From Desulfurococcaceae archaeon (GTDB lineage: Archaea; Thermoproteota; Thermoprotei_A; Sulfolobales; Desulfurococcaceae): a stretch of 48,801 nt of DNA. The position numbers were made by a program, and so were the translations under genes. The DNA lies in assembly GCA_038888155.1 (NCBI GenBank), contig JAWAJB010000006.1:1-48801 (forward strand), given 5' to 3'. The notes under the pieces were generated by a model. That model did no database searches. It saw only the letters and a program-made list of their open reading frames with translations, and was not told the DNA's origin. This document shows, in pieces, positions 29,743 to 38,410 of this stretch (the first letter of the stretch is position 1; every line of letters begins with the position of its first letter).

Positions 29743-30978
29743 TTGAGGCTAGATACATCGCTGTGCTTGATGTGCCGAGGGAGGGGTTTATGTGGTCTAT
29801 CGTACTGCCCAGTTCTAGCTAGGGCCCGAGCAACGCTTAAGCTCCGGGAAGTAAGCCTATCTCCGCTCGTGGAGGGCTCCTCCCCCCCTTCTGTTTTCGT
29901 TGGAAGAATAGGCTACCCATACGTGAGGGCTGGCCCCTCTGCACCGCCCCTCTCTGGGGATACCACACTATTTGACTACCCTGAGAGGTGGGCTAACCTA
30001 AGCATAGAGGATATCTTAGAGTACAGGTGGAGCCTAGTAACGGGGTTTAAAGTAGTCAACGCTAAGAACCCGTGGGATAAAGTGTTAGACGAGGCTAGAT
30101 TAATGGTTTTAAGCTCTAAACCTGTTGACGTCCAGTTAATTTTAGAGAAAAGGCCAAGGCCGTTAATTACGTTCAACGAGCACGAGCCCCCTCAAGGCCC
30201 TCGTGCACCCCTTACAGGCTTGAGGATTGTGGGGAATCCAAGTATACCTAGACCGCTTGAGAGGGCTTACTACGATACAGATCTCCAGGCGAGCCAGGCA
30301 GTTATTTACTTGTACAGCTCAGGTATTCCTGTATCCCACATACAAAAAGCTTTCAGCCTAGGATCCTTTGGCCTGGGTAAAAATAGGCGACTTGTTCCTA
30401 CTAGGTGGAGCATTACAGCTGTAGACAGCGTCCTTTGTAAGTACGTCCTCGGTGAGGTCAAAGAGTACGAGCCGCTAAGCGAAATTCTCGTCTTTGAGTA
30501 TAGAGTTCACGATAACCTCTTTATTGGAGTCCTCTACCCGTCGAGGTGGAGCTATGAGTGGCTAGAGGCGTGGTGGCCTGGGTCAACCTGGAACCCGAGT
30601 AGCGCTAACGTGGCTGTTGAAGGCGATTACGAGGATTACTTTGGGAGGACAACCTACCCCGGGATTGGCGGATGCTACTACGCTAGCATGCTGGCTACAT
30701 TAGAATACCTTAGGAGCATAAAGAGGCAGTCTACCGCTATCTTGTTTAGGGAAATTTACCCAGGCTTTAATTTGCCTATAGGCGTTTGGTTTGTGAGGGA
30801 GTCTTGTAGAGAGATGTTTAGAAGGGGCCCAACGCTAAGGGCATCAAGCCTTAGGGAGGTATGCGAGTACCTCAACAGGTCTACAAGGCTTGGTTGCACA
30901 AAATGGTTTACCTCATCAACGCTAATCAAGAGAGTTAGCGCCACTAGGCGGTTAGAGGAGTTCTTTAGGAGGCACTAG
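29743..30978 (+). CDS. nreA: Nre-family DNA repair protein
   Basis: N-terminal CLMCRGRGLCGLSYCP, GSSPPSVFVG, LVPTRWSITAVD, GGCYYA, GVWFVRE; C-terminal PIP-like RRLEEFF. Confidence 0.88.
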   Translation: MRLDTSLCLMCRGRGLCGLSYCPVLARARATLKLREVSLSPLVEGSSPPSVFVGRIGYPYVRAGPSAPPLSGDTTLFDYPERWANLSIEDILEYRWSLVTGFKVVNAKNPWDKVLDEARLMVLSSKPVDVQLILEKRPRPLITFNEHEPPQGPRAPLTGLRIVGNPSIPRPLERAYYDTDLQASQAVIYLYSSGIPVSHIQKAFSLGSFGLGKNRRLVPTRWSITAVDSVLCKYVLGEVKEYEPLSEILVFEYRVHDNLFIGVLYPSRWSYEWLEAWWPGSTWNPSSANVAVEGDYEDYFGRTTYPGIGGCYYASMLATLEYLRSIKRQSTAILFREIYPGFNLPIGVWFVRESCREMFRRGPTLRASSLREVCEYLNRSTRLGCTKWFTSSTLIKRVSATRRLEEFFRRH

Positions 30979-30990
30979 GTGTGAACTCCT

Positions 30991-31806
30991 TTGATTAACT
31001 TTCGCGGGTTACAACTGCGCTACGCTAACGTGGGCTCGGCGCTATCTAAGAGCGGACTACCGGGCTTAGACTACGCGCTAAACCCTTACGTTGGGTGTAG
31101 CCATGGGTGCACTTATTGCTACGCGAGGCTCTATACGCGCGACAGGAGAATATCGCAAAACTGGGGGAAAGTAGTAGCTATTAAGCAAAACTTAGTCGAC
31201 TTGATCAGCAGAGAAGCTAAAAGAGCTAAGCCAGGAGTAGTCGGGGTTGGCACTATCACTGATCCATACCAGCCAGTCGAATCGGTGTTTAAGCTTACGC
31301 GTAACTGCGTAGAAGTTCTCTTAAACAACAAATTCCGCGTGAGCGTTCAAACGAAGAACACTCTAGTGCTGAGGGACGTTGATGTTCTATCCGCGCGCAC
31401 AGAACTCGTGGACGTTGGGTTCACTATCACCACTTTTAATGACAAAGTTGCTAGAGCAATAGAGCCTCGCTCCTCGCCTCCGAGTGCGAGGGCATTAGCT
31501 CTCGAAAGGCTGAGCTCCGCTGGAGTCAAGACTTGGGTTTTCTACGGCCCTATCATACCTGGGCTTAACGACGACGAAGTCACCTTGGATTTAATTGCGA
31601 ATTTGAGCGCAAGGACAGGCTCAACGCTCTACTTTGATCAAATTAACGTAAAGCCATTTATGAGAAGCCCTGAGCACGAATTATACCGCTACATTCAACT
31701 TAGAACACGAGTGTGGTGGAAAAATGTGAAGGACAGAATTTACAAGAAGTGCAGAGATTATGGAATAGTCTGCAGGCCTGGATTTGAGAATACAGAGATA
31801 GAATAG
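30991..31806 (+). CDS. Spore photoproduct lyase-like radical SAM protein
   Basis: LNPYVGCSHGCTYCYA, TDPYQPVE, QTK, IEP...R, GPIIPGLND. Confidence 0.88.
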   Translation: MINFRGLQLRYANVGSALSKSGLPGLDYALNPYVGCSHGCTYCYARLYTRDRRISQNWGKVVAIKQNLVDLISREAKRAKPGVVGVGTITDPYQPVESVFKLTRNCVEVLLNNKFRVSVQTKNTLVLRDVDVLSARTELVDVGFTITTFNDKVARAIEPRSSPPSARALALERLSSAGVKTWVFYGPIIPGLNDDEVTLDLIANLSARTGSTLYFDQINVKPFMRSPEHELYRYIQLRTRVWWKNVKDRIYKKCRDYGIVCRPGFENTEIE

Positions 31807-31893
31807 TGTAATAGGCAGAATTTGGGTACTTTAAGCGAAAATAAGTATTTAACAATAAATATCTAAAGAGGATAAAGTACTTGGGATACAAAG

Positions 31894-33453
31894 GTGATTT
31901 ACCAATTGAGCTCGCATAGGTTCTGGAGATTGATCGAGCTTGATCAGGATCCGTACCTCTCCGAGTACAGATATGAGATCACATCAAGCTTAGCAGAAGT
32001 TAGGAGCAAGTACCAGCACCTCAACAAGGGAGAAGAAGCGAGCGACTCTATTTCAACTGCAGGAAGGATTGAAGGAATGAGAGAGCACGGTAAAATAGTG
32101 TTCTCAACGCTAAATGACGGAACAGCGACGATACAGTTAGTTTTTAGGTACAACGTGGTTGGCGAAAAGAAATGGCAACTAGTTAAGTTCTTGAACACGG
32201 GAGATATAATAGGGGTCAAGGGAAGGCCCATGAGGACTCTTCGCGGCGAGCTCTCGCTACTAGTCGAGGAATTTAAGCTACTGTCAATTACGTGGAGAGA
32301 CTACCCTGAAAAGTGGCACGGCCTTGCAGACAGCGAAAAGAGGTACAGAATGCGCTACCTAGATATTCAATTAAATGGAGATGTCAGAAGGGCTGTAATA
32401 ACTACGTATAAAATAGAGAAGGCTTTCCGAGATTACCTTGACTCTAAAAATTTCATCGAGATACACACTCCTAAATTGCAGTCAATATATGGCGGGGCTT
32501 TAGCAAGGCCATTCGTAACGAGGATGCACGCTTTAAGCAGAGACGTCTACCTAAGCATATCCCCAGAGACTTACTTGAAGCGCGCTATCATAGCAAATCT
32601 GTTTAAAGTCTACGAGATAACTCCTTGCTTTAGAAACGAGGATATTGATGCTCTCCACTATCCAGAGTTCGTTCAAATAGAGATATACTATGCCTTCGCT
32701 GACTGGAACGACATGATGAGCCTTGTTGAGGACATGGTAGCATACGCCGTTAAGAGCGCATTTGGGGACTATAAAGTAGAAGTTGTTAAGGGAAGCGAGA
32801 AAGTGGAGATCGACTTTAAGCCGCCCTGGAAGCGCATAACGCTAGAGGACTCAATTGAGGAGTACGGCAACGTGAAGGTTAAGGGAAAGACAGTCGAGGA
32901 GCTACTTGAGATAGTTAAGAGCTTAAATATTGAAGCCTATGATCCAAGGAGGGGTAAGGTAGTCGAAAAGATTTTCGAGAGGCTTGTCGAGCCTAAGTTG
33001 ATTCAACCAACATATGTAACTCTATACCCTCGCGACATATCCCCCCTTGCAAGGCCTTCAAGGGAGAACCCAGAGTACTCTGAAAGGTTTGAGCTCTTCG
33101 TCAATGGCCTTGAAGTTGCTAACGGATACAGCGAACTTAACAACCCTGTAGTTCAGTACTTCTTCTTTGCACAGGAGGAGAAAACTAGGGCTATGTTAAA
33201 GGATAAATTTGGCCTTTCAGACTTAGAGTACCACCCAATGGATAAGGACTACGTAAGAGCGCTTGAGTACGGCATGCCCCCTACGGCTGGAGTGGGAATA
33301 GGTATATACAGGCTAGTTATGGTTATTTGCGGCCTACCGAGCATCAAGGATGTCATTCCCTTCACAATTGTAGAGCAAGATGAGTTTAAAACAATAGCAG
33401 AACTCGAGAGGAATATACTTGATTATTACATTGATAGGCTAAAGCTACAGTAA
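31894..33453 (+). CDS. lysS: Lysine--tRNA ligase, class II
   Basis: OB-fold anticodon domain, YGGALARPF, FRNED motif 2, ERFELF...EVANGYSELN, ALEYGMPPTAGVGIG motif 3. Start may be TTG 31906. Confidence 0.96.
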   Translation: MIYQLSSHRFWRLIELDQDPYLSEYRYEITSSLAEVRSKYQHLNKGEEASDSISTAGRIEGMREHGKIVFSTLNDGTATIQLVFRYNVVGEKKWQLVKFLNTGDIIGVKGRPMRTLRGELSLLVEEFKLLSITWRDYPEKWHGLADSEKRYRMRYLDIQLNGDVRRAVITTYKIEKAFRDYLDSKNFIEIHTPKLQSIYGGALARPFVTRMHALSRDVYLSISPETYLKRAIIANLFKVYEITPCFRNEDIDALHYPEFVQIEIYYAFADWNDMMSLVEDMVAYAVKSAFGDYKVEVVKGSEKVEIDFKPPWKRITLEDSIEEYGNVKVKGKTVEELLEIVKSLNIEAYDPRRGKVVEKIFERLVEPKLIQPTYVTLYPRDISPLARPSRENPEYSERFELFVNGLEVANGYSELNNPVVQYFFFAQEEKTRAMLKDKFGLSDLEYHPMDKDYVRALEYGMPPTAGVGIGIYRLVMVICGLPSIKDVIPFTIVEQDEFKTIAELERNILDYYIDRLKLQ

Positions 33454-33680
33454 TCGAGCCTACTCGGTATGGTAGGGTCACTTTACAAACACAAATCTTT
33501 TGATCACCAGGAGAAGATTTGCTTCGGAGTTCCTTAAAAAGTTCACAGCGTAGCTTTAGCTTTCTGCAGTAAGCCAGCACTCAGATATAAGCGCAGTGAG
33601 CAAACGGGCGATTAAACCGGTTAAAAACACAAAGTTGAATAATTCGATTTAGGAGAGGGCTCGTAATAAAAGGTGTCTCT

Positions 33681-34634
33681 GTGGATATCATAGGAGTGGA
33701 TTTCGCGGCGGTTAACAGGGTTTCAAGGGCACTGAAAAATAAATCAAGTGCGCTTCCCAGGTTGAATTTATATGACGAGAGGTACTACCCCCCTAGAGAT
33801 GCAGACGCAGAAAGAGTAATTGGTTACTTCATAGCAACTGTAGCTCTAGATCACAGGTTTAGCAGGCCGGGTAAACCTTACTACGCATGCCTAGAAGATG
33901 GGTGTTACAACGGCTCTTATTTGCTGTACAGGCTCGCAATGAAGAAGTTCTCTGAAGACCCAGAGTTCTTTACTCCCCAAAGGCTTTCAAGGGTTTCAAT
34001 GGATGAAGTTAGGCTAATGCTAAGCTCTGAAACAGCCCAACCGCCAGACATGGAAGTGAGAGCTATGCTCTTGAGAGACCTCGGCTTAAAGCTCGTGAGG
34101 CTTTACAACTCGAGCGCCCTCAAGCTAATTGAGAGCTCAAACAACAAAGTGCGTGGAACTCTCTCTGAGCCTGGGCTAGTGGACAACCTAAGGATCTTCA
34201 GGGCTTATGAAGACCCCGTAGAGAAGAAGCCGATGCTATTAATAAAGTTCCTCACTGAAAGGGGGTTATTTAACCCTACAGATGATATTGACGTAGCAGT
34301 AGATAACCACTTATCTAGGATTGCTCTCAGAGTTGGGCTGGTCATGGTTTCAGGCTTTCTTTGGGACAAGATTAAGCGCGGTGAAGAAGTCACATATGAG
34401 GAAGATTTGCTACTAAGGATGTTTACTAAAAGGGCTTATAGGTATGTGGCTGTCAAATCAGGCATCTCGGCTACGACCATAGATGACTTTTTCTGGATTA
34501 CTGCGCGAGAGACTTGCTCGAGGGACATACAACCGCTGTGCGATAAGTGCTTATTTAAGGGCTTCTGTAGAGCGCGCAGAAACGCTACTTTTATGGTCTC
34601 TGAGCACTTTTACTACAATACGTGGTATTATTAA
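33681..34634 (+). CDS. HhH-GPD/N-glycosylase-like protein with C-terminal Fe-S cluster loop
   Basis: DPVEKK, VAVDNHLSRIALRVG, DDFFW, C-x7-C-x2-C-x5-C. Confidence 0.65.
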   Translation: MDIIGVDFAAVNRVSRALKNKSSALPRLNLYDERYYPPRDADAERVIGYFIATVALDHRFSRPGKPYYACLEDGCYNGSYLLYRLAMKKFSEDPEFFTPQRLSRVSMDEVRLMLSSETAQPPDMEVRAMLLRDLGLKLVRLYNSSALKLIESSNNKVRGTLSEPGLVDNLRIFRAYEDPVEKKPMLLIKFLTERGLFNPTDDIDVAVDNHLSRIALRVGLVMVSGFLWDKIKRGEEVTYEEDLLLRMFTKRAYRYVAVKSGISATTIDDFFWITARETCSRDIQPLCDKCLFKGFCRARRNATFMVSEHFYYNTWYY

Positions 34635-34640
34635 CATTGA

Positions 34641-35000
34641 GTGGTTAGTGTCATGAAGAGGAACATCAGGGAAATCCTCTCGCTTAACAAACTCGAGAGG
34701 CTTATTATGGAGTACTTTATACGCCACATAAGCGCAGGTGAAATAATTGCTGTGTTAGATCTAAAGGAAGAAGTTAAGAAGAGAGCAAGGCAAGGAGAAA
34801 CGGATCTCACGTCCGAGGTCGAGGACGCAATCATAATGAGAGAACTATACATTACTCTTGCTCTACTAGCTAGGAGAGGCTTTCTCGAATACAGAAACGG
34901 CGCGTACAAGCTCGCTGTTTGGATCGTAGACCAAATAAGGGCAAAGAAGGGGGGTCTTCACCCAGGTGTGTATAAACCTATTCAGGAATTAATTGACTAG
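34641..35000 (+). CDS. PolB1-binding protein PBP2-like winged-helix protein
   Basis: EYFIRHISAGEIIAVLDLK...LARRGFLEYRNGAYKL matches the recalled Sulfolobus PBP2 pattern (EYF..ISVGEI.A..DLK...GCYNL), with an internal insertion. Confidence 0.65.
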   Translation: MVSVMKRNIREILSLNKLERLIMEYFIRHISAGEIIAVLDLKEEVKKRARQGETDLTSEVEDAIIMRELYITLALLARRGFLEYRNGAYKLAVWIVDQIRAKKGGLHPGVYKPIQELID

Positions 35001-35204
35001 CCAAGCTTTGTAAGCTAGGTTGTCTAGGTTGTCCAGAAACCCCTCGCTAGTAGTATTCCTGCTACTAGTATTCCTATTGATAAGTAACTATCTCTAAATA
35101 AGCTCACATTGAGCAGTTGTTCGGTTGACATGGCGCTCTTCGCGTGGGCTTTCAACAACAATATAAGCACTCATTTATAGCTATGTACATATGTAGGTGT
35201 ACTT

Positions 35205-35648
35205 ATGGTAGTACGCATAGGAAGCGTCGAGGACGTGCACCTAAAAGACGTTGATGTGCTTGTTGTTGGGCTATTTAAGGTTTCGGTTGTTCTATCTGAA
35301 GAAACAGCTGTCCTCATTGGTGAAGGTAGAGTGAACATCCTCTCGTCATTAAAGTGCATACTTGTATCGACCGTAGGACCTATTGTAGTTAATCACGCGC
35401 ACTGCGTTAATCTTTTGGCCGTAGGCGAAAAGCAGCCGGTAGCTTTGGGCTTCGCAAAAGCCAAGAGAGTTTTTGCGAGGAAAGCTTACATTCAGAGACT
35501 AAATACACGGGAGGCGTACTTAGGAGATCTCTGCAGTATTGACTTGCTAGAGCACGCAGATAGGCTTATCTTTACAGATCCTCACACTTACATAAAGAGA
35601 GCAGAATCTATAGGGGAGATATATTACGCTTATGAAATAACGCATTAG
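35205..35648 (+). CDS. Hypothetical protein (beta-rich)
   Basis: 147-aa ORF with AGGTG RBS; no recognised motif. Confidence 0.6.
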   Translation: MVVRIGSVEDVHLKDVDVLVVGLFKVSVVLSEETAVLIGEGRVNILSSLKCILVSTVGPIVVNHAHCVNLLAVGEKQPVALGFAKAKRVFARKAYIQRLNTREAYLGDLCSIDLLEHADRLIFTDPHTYIKRAESIGEIYYAYEITH

Positions 35649-35769
35649 TTAACGCGAATTTCGCATTCAGAGACCCGTGGACGCCAAAACATATTACGCT
35701 AGCAAACTGGGCATCCAATTTAGGCTACTCCGCTAATTAGCTCGCTACTCATAGGTTCATTTGAAGGAG

Positions 35770-35958
35770 TTAACGTGACGCCGCTACCATTCTGGCCTCG
35801 ACTATCTTTTCTCTTAAAAGCACTAGGGACTCGTAAATTTGGTAGATTAACCCCGGAGCTATTTGATCTCCAGGTTTAACTCTACTTATGAATCCCTCAA
35901 TCTTATCTACTAGGTCTATTGCCTCCTCGAGCTTGCTTACCAGCTCGCCTCCCTCCAT
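35770..35958 (-). CDS. Small helical hypothetical protein
   Basis: GGAGGA RBS before ATG 35958; amphipathic helical hairpin. Confidence 0.6.
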   Translation of the reverse strand: MEGGELVSKLEEAIDLVDKIEGFISRVKPGDQIAPGLIYQIYESLVLLREKIVEARMVAASR

Positions 35959-36112
35959 TTTTATCCTCCACAAATTTATTCTGTTACTGCAACAAATTAA
36001 AGATGTTTTTTGTAAATTAGCTTAGGTAAACCAATATTTATGTGTTCTTTTAGTTAATACTTGAATATACATATGTGGGTTAGCAAATATGAAAACTTTA
36101 TAAGTTAGAGAG

Positions 36113-36130
36113 CCCACATATAAATGTGGG
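36113..36130. promoter_or_regulatory. Palindromic operator candidate CCCACAT-N4-ATGTGGG
   Basis: Perfect 7-bp inverted repeat between the TATA (36097-36103) and the ATG at 36140; extra half-site at 36073-36079. Confidence 0.5.
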
Positions 36131-36139
36131 GATGTTTTT

Positions 36140-36490
36140 ATGCCTGGAGACAAAAAAGTTGTTTACGAAGACCGAGATGTCGTAATAGAGGTTGCACCAA
36201 GAGATCCGGAGCTCCCAGAAATGGTGTATAACTCGATTAAGAGAAAGGGCAAACCAGTGTTTTTCCAGGACCTAGTAAGAGAGTTCAGCGGAGTTGTTGG
36301 AGAAGATCGAGTTAGGAGGGCGATTAGCCACCTCCTAGCCCTCAAGAAAATAATCGAGTTCCCTGATGGTAGCCTTGGAACACCTGATATGACTTGGAGG
36401 CCGAGTAGCACCAGGAAGAGACGCAGAAGAAGAGTGGCTAGGTTAATGGACGTAGAGCCTCAGAGCAGAGCTCTGTACATTCCAGCTTAA
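36140..36490 (+). CDS. Winged-helix DNA-binding protein with Arg-rich tail
   Basis: FQDLVREFSGVVGEDRVRRAISHLLALKKIIEFPDG wHTH pattern; RKRRRRR tail. Confidence 0.7.
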   Translation: MPGDKKVVYEDRDVVIEVAPRDPELPEMVYNSIKRKGKPVFFQDLVREFSGVVGEDRVRRAISHLLALKKIIEFPDGSLGTPDMTWRPSSTRKRRRRRVARLMDVEPQSRALYIPA

Positions 36491-36504
36491 GTGAACTCCA
36501 CTAA

Positions 36505-37140
36505 CTATTTTTCTTTCTTCCTACTTTTACTGCTCCAAGGGGATACTTTATAGCCCGAGCATCTCTCTAAGTTTATAAGTATACCGTACCTTGAAGTGGC
36601 TTCACAAATATAATCGTCTGGTATTATCGCCTTTGCATCTCGAGAGGATACTATAATAGATGCTTTGCCAACTCGTCCAGTGATTTTAGCCTCCTCCGCT
36701 ATGTAGTCAATGAATATTGGAAGCCTACTCGTGTTTAAAAAACCTCTCTGCCACCTCAATCCCTTTGAGTCCTCGAAAACTTCGCCTATTCTCTTGCCAT
36801 CGACGCATACTCCCTGTTTATCGCACTCAATCAACTTGACGTTAATTCTCTTGTAAGCCTCTTGGGCTAGCTCTAGGATTTTGTTCTCCGCTTGCTTCTC
36901 AATGACTTGAGGTCTTTCCTCAGGCTCTACTTGGACAGGTTGCTTTTCAGCTTCAAGTTGGGAAGAACGTTGCCTCTGCATGATAGCTTCTAAGACCTCT
37001 CTCAGCACTGTATCGCTAGTCTTGCTGCTCCTTTCAGTGGATTTTTCGTCTCTTTTCTCAAGAGTCGCCTCGCTGATTTTATTCTCCTCTCGCTTTTTAG
37101 CGTAGTCAGTTAGCTTCTTGTGCTTCTTCTGCAAATCCAA
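36505..37140 (-). CDS. Hypothetical protein
   Basis: 211-aa ORF with charged N-terminus containing a PIP-like KKLTDY and a globular C-terminal part. Confidence 0.65.
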   Translation of the reverse strand: MDLQKKHKKLTDYAKKREENKISEATLEKRDEKSTERSSKTSDTVLREVLEAIMQRQRSSQLEAEKQPVQVEPEERPQVIEKQAENKILELAQEAYKRINVKLIECDKQGVCVDGKRIGEVFEDSKGLRWQRGFLNTSRLPIFIDYIAEEAKITGRVGKASIIVSSRDAKAIIPDDYICEATSRYGILINLERCSGYKVSPWSSKSRKKEK

Positions 37141-37226
37141 GTACCCAGTGTTATATTTAGTTATCTGCCTAAATTAAAGTTGAAGAAGATATAAAAACTG
37201 GTTGACATTCTAATTAGTTTATGGCT

Positions 37227-37300
37227 GGGCCCGTAGCTCAGCCTGGTAGAGCGGCGGGCTCTTAACCCGTAGGTCCCGGGTTCAAATCCCGGCGGGCCCG
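37227..37300 (+). tRNA. tRNA-Lys(CTT), intronless, CCA not encoded
   Basis: GGGCCCG/CGGGCCC acceptor stem, D arm, GCGGG-CTCTTAA-CCCGT anticodon arm, CCGGG-TTCAAAT-CCCGG T arm. Confidence 0.97.
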
Positions 37301-37330
37301 CTCTCCTATTTTACATATAGAAGAAAAGCG

Positions 37331-38233
37331 TTGGGAATTATGCTCAGGAGGCTTATCTCGGGCGAGGATACGGGGATCTACATTATAGTAGGAACGCCTT
37401 TCCTGTACATTGAGGAGACTAAGACTATGGTGCTAGCAGATTTGCACCTTGGATTCGAGGAGGCTGCATCGCGTGGGCTTGTTTACAGCACAAGAAGGAC
37501 AGGGAGATATGCCGCTATCTTTATACCTCGGATTCAGCTCAGAAAAACAATTGATATGTTGAGTGTTGTACTTCAAAGAGTGGAGACAAAGAGAGTAATT
37601 ATTAATGGCGATTTAAAACACGCTTTCGATAGACTTTTGCGGCAAGAGAAAGAGGAAACAATAAAGCTAATAGATTCCCTACGCGAATTAGGAATACAGG
37701 AGGTCACTGTTATAAGAGGTAATCACGATAACTTCATTAAACCTCTTCTTAAGAGGCTAAACGTTAATTTCGCGAGAAGCCTTCTCACTATTAGTAGGGG
37801 TAAGAGAGTACTATTGACGCACGGGCACGAGGAAGTAGATTTGTCAGAGAGCGATATAGTGATTATAGGACATGAGCACCCAAGTATTCACTGCTTTGAA
37901 GTCTATAGATTCCCGTGTTTCCTTAAAGTGCCGCTTGCAGAAAACAAGCTCCTCGTCGTTATGCCAGCTACAGGCCCCTACCATCCTGGTGTTGTAGTTA
38001 ACCCCAACACAGAGGAGTACCTTTCGCCTTTAATTAGGAAGCTCGGCTCACTAGGCTCAATGTCCATAGTTATTTGGATGGATCTAGGAGAAGTCCCTCC
38101 CAACGGCGTTGGTTACCTTGAGACATATTCAACGAATATGGTTGAGGTAGAGAGAGCGGTAGTTGATAATCGCGAGTACGCCCTAGTAGAATTTAACACC
38201 TACGAGGCAGCGAGGCTCCTCTGCTCAGCTTAA
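37331..38233 (+). CDS. Calcineurin-like metallophosphoesterase
   Basis: ADLHLG, NGDLKH, RGNHD, THGH, GHEHP, MPA. Confidence 0.9.
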   Translation: MGIMLRRLISGEDTGIYIIVGTPFLYIEETKTMVLADLHLGFEEAASRGLVYSTRRTGRYAAIFIPRIQLRKTIDMLSVVLQRVETKRVIINGDLKHAFDRLLRQEKEETIKLIDSLRELGIQEVTVIRGNHDNFIKPLLKRLNVNFARSLLTISRGKRVLLTHGHEEVDLSESDIVIIGHEHPSIHCFEVYRFPCFLKVPLAENKLLVVMPATGPYHPGVVVNPNTEEYLSPLIRKLGSLGSMSIVIWMDLGEVPPNGVGYLETYSTNMVEVERAVVDNREYALVEFNTYEAARLLCSA

Positions 38234-38239
38234 ATTGAA

Positions 38240-38294
38240 GATCAGCTAATCGACCCCTCATCAATACTCAGGTTATGTCGGCCTCATCACTGAT
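38240..38294 (-). ncRNA. Box C/D guide sRNA
   Basis: Minus strand: GTGATGA-GGCCGACATAAC-CTGA-GTAT-TGATGA-GGGGTCGATTAG-CTGA; all four boxes canonical with two 12-nt guides. Confidence 0.9.
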
Positions 38295-38410
38295 ATATAG
38301 CTATTTAAAGGGTACTTAATTAATACGCGAAATTGATTCCCTTAACTTATGTTAAACCTTTAAGGACGATTGCACATCTAAAAATAGGGTTTTGCTTAAA
38401 GGGGAGGTTA

